From Acidimicrobiia bacterium (GTDB taxonomy: Bacteria; Actinomycetota; Acidimicrobiia; Spongiisociales; JAENVV01): a DNA stretch of 36,810 bases. Below, in pieces: positions 9,304-18,981 of this stretch. Both the position numbers and the translations under genes were made by a program. The stretch spans positions 1-36,810 of the forward strand of contig JBFGJH010000029.1 in NCBI GenBank assembly GCA_041577335.1. The letters run 5' to 3'. Position 1 is the stretch's first letter. Each line of letters opens with the position of its first letter. The notes under the pieces are model-generated. The model searched no databases, was not told the DNA's origin, and saw only the letters and a list, made by a program, of their open reading frames with translations.

Positions 9304-11399
9304 TGTTCCAGGCCCAGACCGCAGACAAGAGCCCGTGGGACAATCTCTTTCTCGATGAATTCGAGATCCCGTTCGGCGCATGGATCGATCAATCGGTCGA
9401 CTGGATCGACAACAACCTCGGTCCGCTCCTCGATGCAATCGCGTGGCCTTTCGAGACCCTGATCGGGGCCCTTGTCACCGACTTCCTTGCCCAGATCTCA
9501 TGGATATGGGTGGTCCTGGCCATGTTTCTCATCGCGTCGCTGGTGAGAAACGTCAAAGTCGGGTTCTTTGTGGCCGGCGCGCTCACGGTGTGTGGCCTCC
9601 TCGGCAACGCGTACTGGGTCGAAACGGCTCGAACGATCGGCTTCATCGCGGTCGCCGTCATCCTCTGCGTCATCATCGGCATCCCGATCGGAATCGCGTC
9701 AGGTCGGGTCGATGCCATCTGGCAAGTGGTGCGACCGGTGCTCGACGCGATGCAGGTGGTCCATTCATTCGTCTACATGCTCCCATTCATCTTCTTCTGG
9801 GGAATCGGTGAGGTCTCGGCGACGATGGTGACCATGGTGTTTGCGCTTCCGCCCCTCATCCGCCTCACCAACCTCGGCATTCGCCAGGTGCCTTCCGATG
9901 TGGTCGAGGCGAGCCGTGCCTACGGCGCTTCAGAGGCACGCGTGCTCGTCGATGTCCAGTTGCCATTGGCTCGCCCGGCCATCATGACTGGCATCAACCA
10001 AACGCTGCTTCTGGCAATCTCGATGTTGGGTATCGCGGCCATCATGGGCGCGGGCGGCCTGGGACGCCTGCTCTTCCGGGCACTCTCCAACCAGGACGTG
10101 GCTCTCGCGGCGTCGGGAGGGCTTGCGTTCTTCTTGGTTGCCGTGGTCCTCGACCGCATGTCGCAGCGTGACGACGCCGACGGCGGCAACCTCTTCTCCC
10201 GCATTCACCAGGCGTGGGCGCACCGGCGCGATCCCGAGGCACTCTTGCCCGAGACCGACGAGGACGTCGTCGTCGTCTACAAGCCTGCCGACCGCTTCGC
10301 ACCGATTGCTGCCGGCGAACGGATGCCGATGCTCGTAACGCTCGTGGGCGGAGCGCTCGCGGTCGCTTCGGTGTTCCTAACCTGGACCACCGATGCCGGA
10401 AAGATGAGCGCATTTGGCCGCCGAGTCGACGAGAACCTCACCGGTTCCAGCTTCGATGGCCTGGCGGCGTCGGGAGGATCATGGTTCGGAATCATGGTGC
10501 TCCTGCTGGGGATCTTCGTCGTCGCAGCGGTGATCTACAGCTACCGTTCGCCTGGGCGAGGGCCCCGCTGGATGGCAGCCGACGGAGCCGTCATCGGATC
10601 TGTGGCCATGCTGATGACTGCCGGCGTTCACGCTCTGGCGGCGAAGGCTCCGCTGGCCGTGGATCCGGGCATGGGAATTGGCGTGAACCTGGCGATACTC
10701 GGAGGTGTGCTTGCCACGGTCGGTTCGATCTTGTGGATCCGCCAGGCCGACCACTCACCACTCCACCCTCTCAGCGCCGACATCGCGTGGGGCAGAGTGA
10801 TCGTGGCTGGAATCGGCATCGTCCTGATCGTTGCGGGTTCGTTCTCTGGATGGAGCTTCGACGGGCGAACCGATGTGGTGGTCTCACCGGAGCTCCAGGC
10901 AGAAATCGACAGGATCCAGCAGGCAGCCCGAGACAACCCCGCCGAGGCAGGCCCACTTTCGGCCGAGTTGGCGGCGTTGATGGCGCAGGGAGCTGCCCAG
11001 GGCGTGGTCGTCACAGATGGCATCAGCGACAACGGACCGCGACTTGGACTGTGGAGTCTCATCGCCGGCCTTGCGGCCCTCGCGGCAACGTTGCCGGCGG
11101 CAGGAGTGTTCGGTCGCAACGAGAGAACACAGTGGTGGTGGTCGAGCATCACGGCCGGCATCGGGGTAGGCATCATCAGCATCGCGACCGCCTGGATCTC
11201 GACCCAGATTCGCTCTGCCGACCCCAACTATCTCAGTGGTATCGGCGCGTTCATGACGCTGATCGGAGGATTCTTCATCTACGCATCCTCAATCAACGTC
11301 CTTGCGGAGTTCCGTCGCTCGAAGATCTATGACGACGAACGGAGAGATGCAGCAGGCCAACCCATACCAGCCGAAGAGCCGGTGGGAGCCCTGGCCTGA
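9300..11399 (+). CDS. proW: Glycine betaine ABC permease (ProW) fused to a long C-terminal multi-TM extension
   Basis: First ~290 aa show ProW motifs (RPVLDAMQ, PPLIRLTNLGIRQVP..VVEAS.AYGAS, VQLPLARP.IMTGINQT); about 400 further aa are not ProW-like. Confidence 0.88.
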   Translation: MMFQAQTADKSPWDNLFLDEFEIPFGAWIDQSVDWIDNNLGPLLDAIAWPFETLIGALVTDFLAQISWIWVVLAMFLIASLVRNVKVGFFVAGALTVCGLLGNAYWVETARTIGFIAVAVILCVIIGIPIGIASGRVDAIWQVVRPVLDAMQVVHSFVYMLPFIFFWGIGEVSATMVTMVFALPPLIRLTNLGIRQVPSDVVEASRAYGASEARVLVDVQLPLARPAIMTGINQTLLLAISMLGIAAIMGAGGLGRLLFRALSNQDVALAASGGLAFFLVAVVLDRMSQRDDADGGNLFSRIHQAWAHRRDPEALLPETDEDVVVVYKPADRFAPIAAGERMPMLVTLVGGALAVASVFLTWTTDAGKMSAFGRRVDENLTGSSFDGLAASGGSWFGIMVLLLGIFVVAAVIYSYRSPGRGPRWMAADGAVIGSVAMLMTAGVHALAAKAPLAVDPGMGIGVNLAILGGVLATVGSILWIRQADHSPLHPLSADIAWGRVIVAGIGIVLIVAGSFSGWSFDGRTDVVVSPELQAEIDRIQQAARDNPAEAGPLSAELAALMAQGAAQGVVVTDGISDNGPRLGLWSLIAGLAALAATLPAAGVFGRNERTQWWWSSITAGIGVGIISIATAWISTQIRSADPNYLSGIGAFMTLIGGFFIYASSINVLAEFRRSKIYDDERRDAAGQPIPAEEPVGALA

Positions 11400-11526
11400 T
11401 TGACGAGTGCCCAACCATTACCGGATAGACGCTGCCAGTAACTAAGGTCACTGGTGATCCGCTCGATTGGCGTGGTGACGCGCGATCGGACGGAACCCCT
11501 TTCGGGGATGACAATGAGGAGAGCAA

Positions 11527-12792
11527 ATGAGAATGACTAGGACCAAGCTGCTGGCGGTGCTGGCGGCTTTTGCCTTGGTTGCGGCTGCATGTGGCACATC
11601 AGGCACTGATACAACAGACGCAGAGGCAGCTCCGGCTACCGACGCCCCCGCCGCGACAGAAGCACCGGCGGCAACCGAAGCCCCGGCGGCGACCGAGGCC
11701 CCCGATGACGACATGGCAATGCCCGGCGAGGGCGTATCCGTCACCATGGCGCGCGCCGACTGGACGACCGGCTACTTCCAGGCAGCGGTTTACGAACAGC
11801 TGCTCGAAGAACTCGGGTACGAGGTGAGCGACCCGGCCGACCTCGAACTCGGCCCATCGCTTGCCTATCTGTCCATGGCACAGGGCGACTTCGACTTCTG
11901 GGTCAACAGTTGGTACCCGGGTCATATCAGCTGGTGGGAACCCGAGCTGCCCGACGGCTCGCAGGTGGGTGACCATCTCACCGTCTTTGGACCAGCGCCA
12001 GACGCAGCGGGCGACTTCGAACTCGCCTTTCAGCCTGCGCCCGGCGAATTGGTCGCCGGTGGCCTCCAGGGCTATCTGATGACGAAGACGTTTGCCGAGG
12101 AATTCGACCTCAAGACGCTCGATGACCTCAACAACAATGCGGATGCTCTCGCAGCATTCGACGCCCAAGACCCGGTTCCTGGCAACGGCATCGCCGACAT
12201 CTACGGATGTCAGGAGAGCTGGACCTGTGACAACATCATCACAAGTCAGATCGCCTTCTCAGGATGGGAGAACATCCAGCAGACGATCGCCGGCTACGAC
12301 GCGATGATCGCCGAAGCAGTTGGCAAGGCAAACGCCGGCGAGCCCATGGTCATCTACACATGGACGCCGAGCGCGTACATCACGCAGCTTCGCCCAGGCG
12401 ACAATGTCGTGTGGGTAGGCGTTGAGGATGTCATTGATGACTCCAACCCGGCAGGTCAGGACGGCGGTGAAGGCCACGACCAGCGCCCCGGAACGGCCAA
12501 CATCGGTCCGGATCAGTGTCCGGTTGCTGCCGATCTCGGCACCTGCCAGCTCGGTTGGATCGCTGCCGACATCCTCGTGACGGCCAACAAGGACTGGGCG
12601 GCCGCCAACCCGGCTGCTGCCAAGCTCCTCTCGTTGGTGACGCTGCCGATCATCGACGTGTCACTGGCCAACGTTGCCCAAGACGCCGGTCAGAACACCA
12701 ACGAGGACATCCAGGGCCTCGCTTCCGAGTGGATCGCCAACAACCGCGATCTCGTAGACTCGTGGCTCGCTGAGGCTTCTGCCAGCGGCTGA
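11527..12792 (+). CDS. proX: Glycine betaine ABC substrate-binding lipoprotein
   Basis: Lipobox AAAC; ProX-type Trp cage segments NSWYPGH, GCQESWTC and YTWTP. Confidence 0.88.
   Translation: MRMTRTKLLAVLAAFALVAAACGTSGTDTTDAEAAPATDAPAATEAPAATEAPAATEAPDDDMAMPGEGVSVTMARADWTTGYFQAAVYEQLLEELGYEVSDPADLELGPSLAYLSMAQGDFDFWVNSWYPGHISWWEPELPDGSQVGDHLTVFGPAPDAAGDFELAFQPAPGELVAGGLQGYLMTKTFAEEFDLKTLDDLNNNADALAAFDAQDPVPGNGIADIYGCQESWTCDNIITSQIAFSGWENIQQTIAGYDAMIAEAVGKANAGEPMVIYTWTPSAYITQLRPGDNVVWVGVEDVIDDSNPAGQDGGEGHDQRPGTANIGPDQCPVAADLGTCQLGWIAADILVTANKDWAAANPAAAKLLSLVTLPIIDVSLANVAQDAGQNTNEDIQGLASEWIANNRDLVDSWLAEASASG
11629..11703 (+). repeat. Degenerate 18-bp tandem repeat encoding an AT(D/E)APA linker in ProX
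   Basis: APATDAPAATEAPAATEAPAATEAP, about 4 copies just after the lipid-anchor Cys. Confidence 0.8.
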
Positions 12793-12810
12793 TCGAGGAA
12801 CGTAACGAAT

Positions 12811-12844
12811 CGAGAAACGGCGCCCAATGGGGCGCCGTTTCTCG
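12811..12844 (+). terminator. Intrinsic terminator hairpin after proX
   Basis: Perfect 15-bp stem CGAGAAACGGCGCCC-AATG-GGGCGCCGTTTCTCG. Confidence 0.85.
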
Positions 12845-12941
12845 TTGATGATCATCCCCTTTCGTGCCTGGTGCGTCAGGACCGAAGCCTCTGGTGGGAT
12901 CCCAGGCCCGGTGACACGATGAGCGTGAGAAGGGAGTTGAG

Positions 12942-13238
12942 ATGCCCCGAACTCGTCTCGGTACGATGTGCTGCAGGCTCGGATTGGCATCGGTTGGGTC
13001 CTTTGGCGCGTTCTTTGTCCTTGTAGCCAGCGGCCAGCGAGGCGGTGAGACGTTCTTTTCGAATGCTTGGCTATCGACCGCGATTCTCACGGCGACCATC
13101 ACCGCAACTGCCGCGGGCGCGGTTGGCATGACAGCTGTGGTCAAGCAGTCAGAGCGAGCTCCTTCGGTCATCGCGACCGTGGCGTTCGGTCTCTTGGTAT
13201 TCGGCTTCGCAGTCGGCGAGGTCGTGTTTCCCCACTGA
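12942..13238 (+). CDS. Small hypothetical membrane protein (3 TM)
   Basis: GAAGGGAG SD; three hydrophobic helices; ends GEVVFPH. Confidence 0.65.
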   Translation: MPRTRLGTMCCRLGLASVGSFGAFFVLVASGQRGGETFFSNAWLSTAILTATITATAAGAVGMTAVVKQSERAPSVIATVAFGLLVFGFAVGEVVFPH

Positions 13239-13244
13239 TCGAGC

Positions 13245-14357
13245 TCAGATCGCCAACGCCTGCGCGAGATCCCGCCAGATGTCCTCGACGTCCTCGATTC
13301 CCACGCTGAGGCGAATCAGCCCGGCGGGAACGTGTTCTTGACCCGGGAGAGCCGCTCTTCGCTCCATGGTGGACTCCACCGATCCGAGACTGGTGGCGTG
13401 CTGTATGAGGCGAATCCGGTGACACGTCGCCTCAGCGGCTCGTGCTCCCCCAGCCACTTCGAACGAGACAATGCTGCCGTAACCGCGGGCCGGCTCGGCG
13501 TCGTAGTCGTCGGTCTGCGCCGGTTTGCCTGGGTAGCGAACGCGGTCGACCGAGGGATGCTGGGCCAGTCGCTGCGTCAATATGACAGCATTCGCCTCGG
13601 CCCGTTCGAGGCGCAACACCATCGTTCGCGCTCCCCGGACGGCCAAATAGGCCTCCAATGCACCGGGAACGGCCCCTGCAATGGCTCTCTGTCGCAGCAA
13701 TTCGGAACGCAGCGTGCCGTCGGTGACGGTCACAACTCCGCTCATGAGATCCGAATGGCCGCCGATGAGCTTTGTCACCGACTGCACAGAAAAGTCAGCC
13801 CCCATCAGGAGCGGCTGCTGCCGGAGCGGCGTGGCAAAAGTGTTGTCGACCGCGAGGAAGGTGCCCGGTTTGCGAGGGGCTGCGCAGATGGTGGCGAGCT
13901 CAGCCACTTCGAGTAACGGATTGGAGGGAGACTCGAGCCAGACCAGATCGGCCGTCAGCAGCGCCGCCAGCCAGCCATCGGTGTCACGCGTCGCAATCCC
14001 GTGCACCGCCCATCGGCCGTGCTGCTCTCCTCGAAGCGCCAACGCGGCAACTCCGTGATAGCAGTCGGTTGGCAAGGCAATCACTGATCCGACCGGCAGC
14101 AAGTCAAGCACCGCCGATGCGCCTGCCATTCCTGAGGCAAATGCGACCGCCTGACCTCCCTCGAGGCCGCCAACCAACGCCTCGAGAGCTGCGATCGTGG
14201 GCGTGCCGTCGGGGCGTGCATACCCAAACGCCCCGCCGTGGTGGAACGTCGAGGCCGGCACGATCGGCGTGTTGAGCGGCTGGCCCGGCCCGTCGGAGCG
14301 ACCGCCGGCGACAACCCACGTGGCTGGAGTGAGATCGGCCGGATCTGAGGAAGTCAT
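13245..14357 (-). CDS. metB: Cys/Met metabolism PLP-dependent enzyme (cystathionine gamma-synthase-like)
   Basis: FASGMA, WLESPSNPLL, VDNTFATP, SVTKLIGGHSD (PLP Lys), TSLGSVES, IRLSVGIED. Confidence 0.85.
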   Translation of the reverse strand: MTSSDPADLTPATWVVAGGRSDGPGQPLNTPIVPASTFHHGGAFGYARPDGTPTIAALEALVGGLEGGQAVAFASGMAGASAVLDLLPVGSVIALPTDCYHGVAALALRGEQHGRWAVHGIATRDTDGWLAALLTADLVWLESPSNPLLEVAELATICAAPRKPGTFLAVDNTFATPLRQQPLLMGADFSVQSVTKLIGGHSDLMSGVVTVTDGTLRSELLRQRAIAGAVPGALEAYLAVRGARTMVLRLERAEANAVILTQRLAQHPSVDRVRYPGKPAQTDDYDAEPARGYGSIVSFEVAGGARAAEATCHRIRLIQHATSLGSVESTMERRAALPGQEHVPAGLIRLSVGIEDVEDIWRDLAQALAI

Positions 14358-14452
14358 TTGGGCAGCCTACGCGGCGCTCGCCTCCCCGGGGTCGCCCATT
14401 GTGGAGGACCATCCGGCTGCGGGGCACGCGAACCCACGAACTGGCTGATCGG

Positions 14453-15934
14453 TCAGCCTTTCACGACCCCGAGAGGTCGGAGCTCTGCGACCGGGACGGC
14501 GAGGCCAGTCCGAGTAGAGACATCGACGACCTCGGACACGTCCTTGTAGGCATAGGCCGCTTCCTCGGAGAGTTCCTTGACGGCCTTGGGCCGAACGAGA
14601 ATGCCGGATTCCGTCATCTCGTCGAACACCTGTCGTCCACTGCGGATACGACGAGCGCCCGTCCTGCTCATCAGCCGTCCGGCACCATGGGGCGCTGACG
14701 AAAAGGCCGGGTTCGAGTTGACGCCCAGCAAAACCCACGAGCTGGTTCCCATGCTGCCAGGGAGCAAGACCGGCTGTCCAGAGGCCCGATATGGCTCCGG
14801 CACGTCTCGGTGACCTGCACCCCTGGCGGGCGTCGCACCTTTCCTGTGCACGCACAGCTGCATCACACGCCCGTCGACCGGATGGGATTCCAGGCTCGCC
14901 ATGTTGTGCAATACGTCGTATACGGGCGTGATGGCGACCGAATCGGTCGTGGTGGCAAAGACACTGGCGAAGACCCGCCTGACCTCGTTGGCGAGCACTT
15001 GCCGATTGGCGAGGGCGAAGTTGGCGGCTGACCACATCGCACCCAGATAGGCGGCACCTTCGGACGAGTCCACAGGGACGCACGCCAGCTGACGGTCGGG
15101 GACATCGAGGCGATGCCGGGCCATGGCTTTCGGACCGTCCCTGACGGCGTCAGAGCACACCTGATGTCCGAGACCACGACTCCCGCAGTGAATCATGATG
15201 CACAACCGGCCTTCTGCGAGCCCGAACACCGCGGCGGCCTCGGAGTGCACGATCCGATCGACTACCTGAACCTCGAGGAAGTGGTTTCCGCCGCCGAGTG
15301 ATCCGATCTGGCTTCGCCCGCGATCTCTCGACTTGATCGAGAGCAGAGAGGGATCGGCCTGTGGAAACCAGCCGCCGTGCTCGCATAGTTCGACATCTGC
15401 GGGTCGGCCGAACCCGGCGTCCACTGCCGCAGGGGCTCCTCCCCTGAGGAATGCCGGCAGATAGTCACCGGAAGCGACAGAACCGGGCCCGCTGCCCCGC
15501 GGGATGGCCTTGGCCAGCCGATCCATTATCAGACGTCCGTGGTGTCGAAAATCTTCGAGTGTGAACATCGAGGCCAGCAAGCGCACTCCACAACCGATGT
15601 CAAAACCGACCCCGCCAGGTGAGACCACCCCCCCTTTGTCGACCGCAGTCGCCGCCACTCCCCCGATCGGGAACCCATATCCAGGATGGACGTCGGGCAT
15701 GCCGAACGACGCGGTCACGATCCCCGGCAAGTGGGCGACGTTGGCGACTTGCAACAGCGCCTTGTCGACGTTTGCTTGATCCAACAACTCATTCGACGCA
15801 AAGATCCTCCCCGGTACTCGCATTGCGCCGGTTCGGTCGATCTCCCACGTTGCCGGCCCTGTCGGGCGCAGCTCGGTGAGACCTATTTTCTTGACGGGAG
15901 GCGAACCTCCCTGTGGCGGCACGGCCATCTGCAT
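14453..15934 (-). CDS. rtcB: RNA ligase RtcB (archaeal-type, long form)
   Basis: MPDVHPGYGFPIGGV, GFDIGCG, GGGNHFLE, IHCGSRG, HN, HRKGAT, PGSMG, SAPHGAGR, AYKD. Start at 15934 or 15928. Confidence 0.93.
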   Translation of the reverse strand: MQMAVPPQGGSPPVKKIGLTELRPTGPATWEIDRTGAMRVPGRIFASNELLDQANVDKALLQVANVAHLPGIVTASFGMPDVHPGYGFPIGGVAATAVDKGGVVSPGGVGFDIGCGVRLLASMFTLEDFRHHGRLIMDRLAKAIPRGSGPGSVASGDYLPAFLRGGAPAAVDAGFGRPADVELCEHGGWFPQADPSLLSIKSRDRGRSQIGSLGGGNHFLEVQVVDRIVHSEAAAVFGLAEGRLCIMIHCGSRGLGHQVCSDAVRDGPKAMARHRLDVPDRQLACVPVDSSEGAAYLGAMWSAANFALANRQVLANEVRRVFASVFATTTDSVAITPVYDVLHNMASLESHPVDGRVMQLCVHRKGATPARGAGHRDVPEPYRASGQPVLLPGSMGTSSWVLLGVNSNPAFSSAPHGAGRLMSRTGARRIRSGRQVFDEMTESGILVRPKAVKELSEEAAYAYKDVSEVVDVSTRTGLAVPVAELRPLGVVKG

Positions 15935-16080
15935 AGTGTGCTCGCACCGCCTCCGCCGCGCCAGAGTCATACGGCTCTTGTCCCTCGGCAACCGCCGCAA
16001 CCCATCAAGCTGGGCCATCCGCCTCTTGCGTTCTCCGAGCGCTCCCAGAGAAGATGTGCGTGGTCGTTGAAGGGAGGAAC

Positions 16081-16269
16081 ATGGCCAAGGCGCCATTCAA
16101 TGTGGTCAAGCGGGAGGATCTCCACCCGATCTGCCCCCACTGCGAGAAAGAATTCGCTGAAATCTATACGCAAGGCAAAGGCACAGCCTTCGTGGAAGGG
16201 AGAACACTCGTCTACTTCTGCCCAAACTGTCACAAAGTCCTGGGCTTCTCGCAAGGACGGATGATCTAA
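16081..16269 (+). CDS. Small zinc-ribbon protein (62 aa)
   Basis: CPHC...CPNC pair; GGGAGG SD 4 nt before the ATG. Confidence 0.75.
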   Translation: MAKAPFNVVKREDLHPICPHCEKEFAEIYTQGKGTAFVEGRTLVYFCPNCHKVLGFSQGRMI

Positions 16270-16410
16270 TTGCGACTTGGCATGGGTTGGTCACAGGTCT
16301 TGCCGGCGTCGTGCCCCGATTGGTTTCGCGCGACGGCGTTTCTCGACAGAGCGGATCACGGTCCGATCGGGATTCACTCCGTCGTCGCCCCGGACCGTTA
16401 GCCTCAGGAG

Positions 16411-18951
16411 ATGCCTCAGGATCTGCTCGCCAAGCCTGAACTCGGGCTTTCTGCTGCGGACGTCGCCGACCGAGTGGCTCGCGGGCAGGTCAACGCCCTG
16501 GGCCGCGGCCCTTCCCGAACAACTGCCGACATCGTCCGCGCCAACCTACTCACCCGCTTCAACCTCATCTTGTCAGTCCTGCTCGTTGTCATCCTCTTCG
16601 TCGCGCCCATTCAGGACGCACTCTTCGGCATCGTCATGGTGGTCAATGCCGCCATTGGCATCATTCAGGAACTCCGAGCCAAACGCACGCTCGACCAGCT
16701 CCGATTGATCGAGGTACCCAGCGCCACCGTTCTTCGCGACGGCCAGCTCGTCGACGTCGACGTGCAGCAGGTCGTGCTTGATGATGTGATCGAGGTTCGA
16801 GCCGGCGACCAGATCGTCGTCGACGGCAGTGTGCTCGAGTCAGCCGGCCTCGAGATCGATGAATCGCTCTTGTCGGGCGAGGCTGATCCAATCCCCAAGG
16901 AACCAGGAGATTTCTGCCGGTCGGGCAGCTTCGTGGTTGCGGGCATCGGCCGAATCATGGCGACTGCGGTAGGGGCTGATGCGTACGCGGTTCGCCTGGC
17001 GACCGAGGCACGGAAATTCACCTTGGTGAAGTCGGAGCTCCGAGCAGCCATCGACGTCATCCTTGCGGTCGTCGGATGGAGCCTCATACCCATCGGCGCT
17101 CTGTTGATCTGGAGCCAGAGAGATATCGATGGAGGCATCTCCGCAGCGGCTCGTGGCGCCGTGGCAGGCATGGTGGCGATGATCCCACAAGGCCTCATCC
17201 TGCTCACCTCGGTCGCCTTTGCGGTCGCCGTTGTCCGCCTGGGTCAGCGGCGAGCCCTCGTGCAAGAGCTCGCCGCAGTTGAGATCCTGGCCAGGGTGGA
17301 CACGGTGTGCCTGGACAAGACCGGCACCCTCACCCAGGGCAAACTCCGCTTCATTGCGGCTCAGCCAATCGATGCGGCCGACAACCAACGAGATTGGGCG
17401 GCTGCCGCAGGGGCTATTGCTTGGACCGATCCGACACCAAACGCCACGATGCGGGCTCTCAAAACGCACTATCCGGATCCCGGATGGCCAGTGAAGAAGC
17501 GCGTGCCGTTCTCGTCGGCGCGTGGCTGGAGCGGCGTGCGGTTCAAGGCACACGGGACGTGGCTACTCGGTGCTCCGGAAACCGTGGTCCCGGACCGAAG
17601 AGAATTGCACGCCCAGGCCCGTCGCCTGGCCAGTCTGGGCCAGCGTGTGCTTCTCATCGCATACGAGTCGCATGGAGAACCTATCCCGGCAGCGTTTCTC
17701 TCACTGGGAGACGAGATGAGGCCGGACGCGGCCGCCACACTCCGATACTTCGCTCGCCAGGGCGTCGACGTGAAAGTCATCAGTGGCGATCACCCCGATA
17801 CCGTAGCCGCCGTGGCCTCGGCGCTGGGACTCGGCGGTCCCCGCGGTCCTGTCGACGCCTCCCTGCTGCCAGAAGATGAGGAGGATCTGCGGGCGCTGGT
17901 GCGTCAGCACCAGTTGTTCGGTCGGGTCACGCCTCATGCCAAGCGCCGGCTCGTTCGCTCGCTCCAGGCCGATGGTCATACCGTGGCAATGACTGGCGAC
18001 GGCGTGAACGATGTGCTCGCCCTCAAAGAAGCCGATATCGGCATCGCCATGGGCAGCGGCAGTCCGGCATCACGATCGGTCGCGCAAGTGGTCCTGCTGG
18101 ACAACTCGTTCGACGCTTTGCCCCATGTCGTCGGTGAGGGGCGACAGATCATCGCCAATATCGAGCGGGTTGCCAACCTCTTCCTGACCAAGACCGTCTA
18201 CGCGGTGTTGCTGGCCTTTGCCACGGCCGCAACCCAACTCGCCTTTCCTTTTCTTCCGCGCCACCTGACCCTCGTCGGGTCATTGACCATCGGGATTCCT
18301 GCGTTCTTCCTTGCTCTCGAACCGACCGCCAGCCGGGCTCGCACAGGGTTTTTGCGGCGGGTATGGCGCTTCGCGGTTCCCACCGGCATCCTTGCCGCGG
18401 GGGCATCGTATCTGGCGTACGGCCTGGCTCGCAGCGAAGGCGCCGGGCTCGAAGAGTCCCGGGCGGTGGCCACCCTGGTTCTGGCGGCCGTCGGGCTCTT
18501 CATCCTCACGATTCCTTCTCGGCCGCTCACCACACGGCGCAAGGCGCTCATTGCCTCGATGGCAGCTCTGTTTGCTCTCGTGGTCCTGGTTCCCTCCCTC
18601 AACAGCTTCTACGAGCTCCCGCTGCCACGACCGGTGGTCTTCTTTGCGGCGGCCGGAATCACCGCGCTCACGGGCGCTTTCATGTGGCTGGCATTGCGTG
18701 CAATCGGCTGGTTCCAAGAAGCAGCCGCGATCGTGGCCGACCCGCCTCGGCGGACCGCGGTGCAGAAGCAGGTGCGACAGGGGCTGAATGCCGCCACTCT
18801 CACCATCTCCCGGGGACGCTTGGGACGGAGACCGCCGGTTGTGTTGCCCGACCCTCCCAGGGACGAGGAGGCTATGACGGTCGACCTTCGCCAGGAGCAG
18901 CAGCTCGAGCTTCCGCTCGCTGCACCGGATACCTCCAAGGAGCCCACCTAG
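16411..18951 (+). CDS. P-type ATPase, HAD-IC family (CtpE-like)
   Basis: DESLLSGE, DKTGTLT, ISGDH, FGRVTP, MTGDGVNDVLALKEADIG; TM4 reads IPQGL. Confidence 0.92.
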   Translation: MPQDLLAKPELGLSAADVADRVARGQVNALGRGPSRTTADIVRANLLTRFNLILSVLLVVILFVAPIQDALFGIVMVVNAAIGIIQELRAKRTLDQLRLIEVPSATVLRDGQLVDVDVQQVVLDDVIEVRAGDQIVVDGSVLESAGLEIDESLLSGEADPIPKEPGDFCRSGSFVVAGIGRIMATAVGADAYAVRLATEARKFTLVKSELRAAIDVILAVVGWSLIPIGALLIWSQRDIDGGISAAARGAVAGMVAMIPQGLILLTSVAFAVAVVRLGQRRALVQELAAVEILARVDTVCLDKTGTLTQGKLRFIAAQPIDAADNQRDWAAAAGAIAWTDPTPNATMRALKTHYPDPGWPVKKRVPFSSARGWSGVRFKAHGTWLLGAPETVVPDRRELHAQARRLASLGQRVLLIAYESHGEPIPAAFLSLGDEMRPDAAATLRYFARQGVDVKVISGDHPDTVAAVASALGLGGPRGPVDASLLPEDEEDLRALVRQHQLFGRVTPHAKRRLVRSLQADGHTVAMTGDGVNDVLALKEADIGIAMGSGSPASRSVAQVVLLDNSFDALPHVVGEGRQIIANIERVANLFLTKTVYAVLLAFATAATQLAFPFLPRHLTLVGSLTIGIPAFFLALEPTASRARTGFLRRVWRFAVPTGILAAGASYLAYGLARSEGAGLEESRAVATLVLAAVGLFILTIPSRPLTTRRKALIASMAALFALVVLVPSLNSFYELPLPRPVVFFAAAGITALTGAFMWLALRAIGWFQEAAAIVADPPRRTAVQKQVRQGLNAATLTISRGRLGRRPPVVLPDPPRDEEAMTVDLRQEQQLELPLAAPDTSKEPT

Positions 18952-18981
18952 CCTGACGTCGGCCTGCGCGACGACGGTGCG

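Noticed and set aside
11629..11703. Tandem repeats as a CRISPR array
   Set aside because: In-frame coding linker repeats with no spacers and no cas genes.
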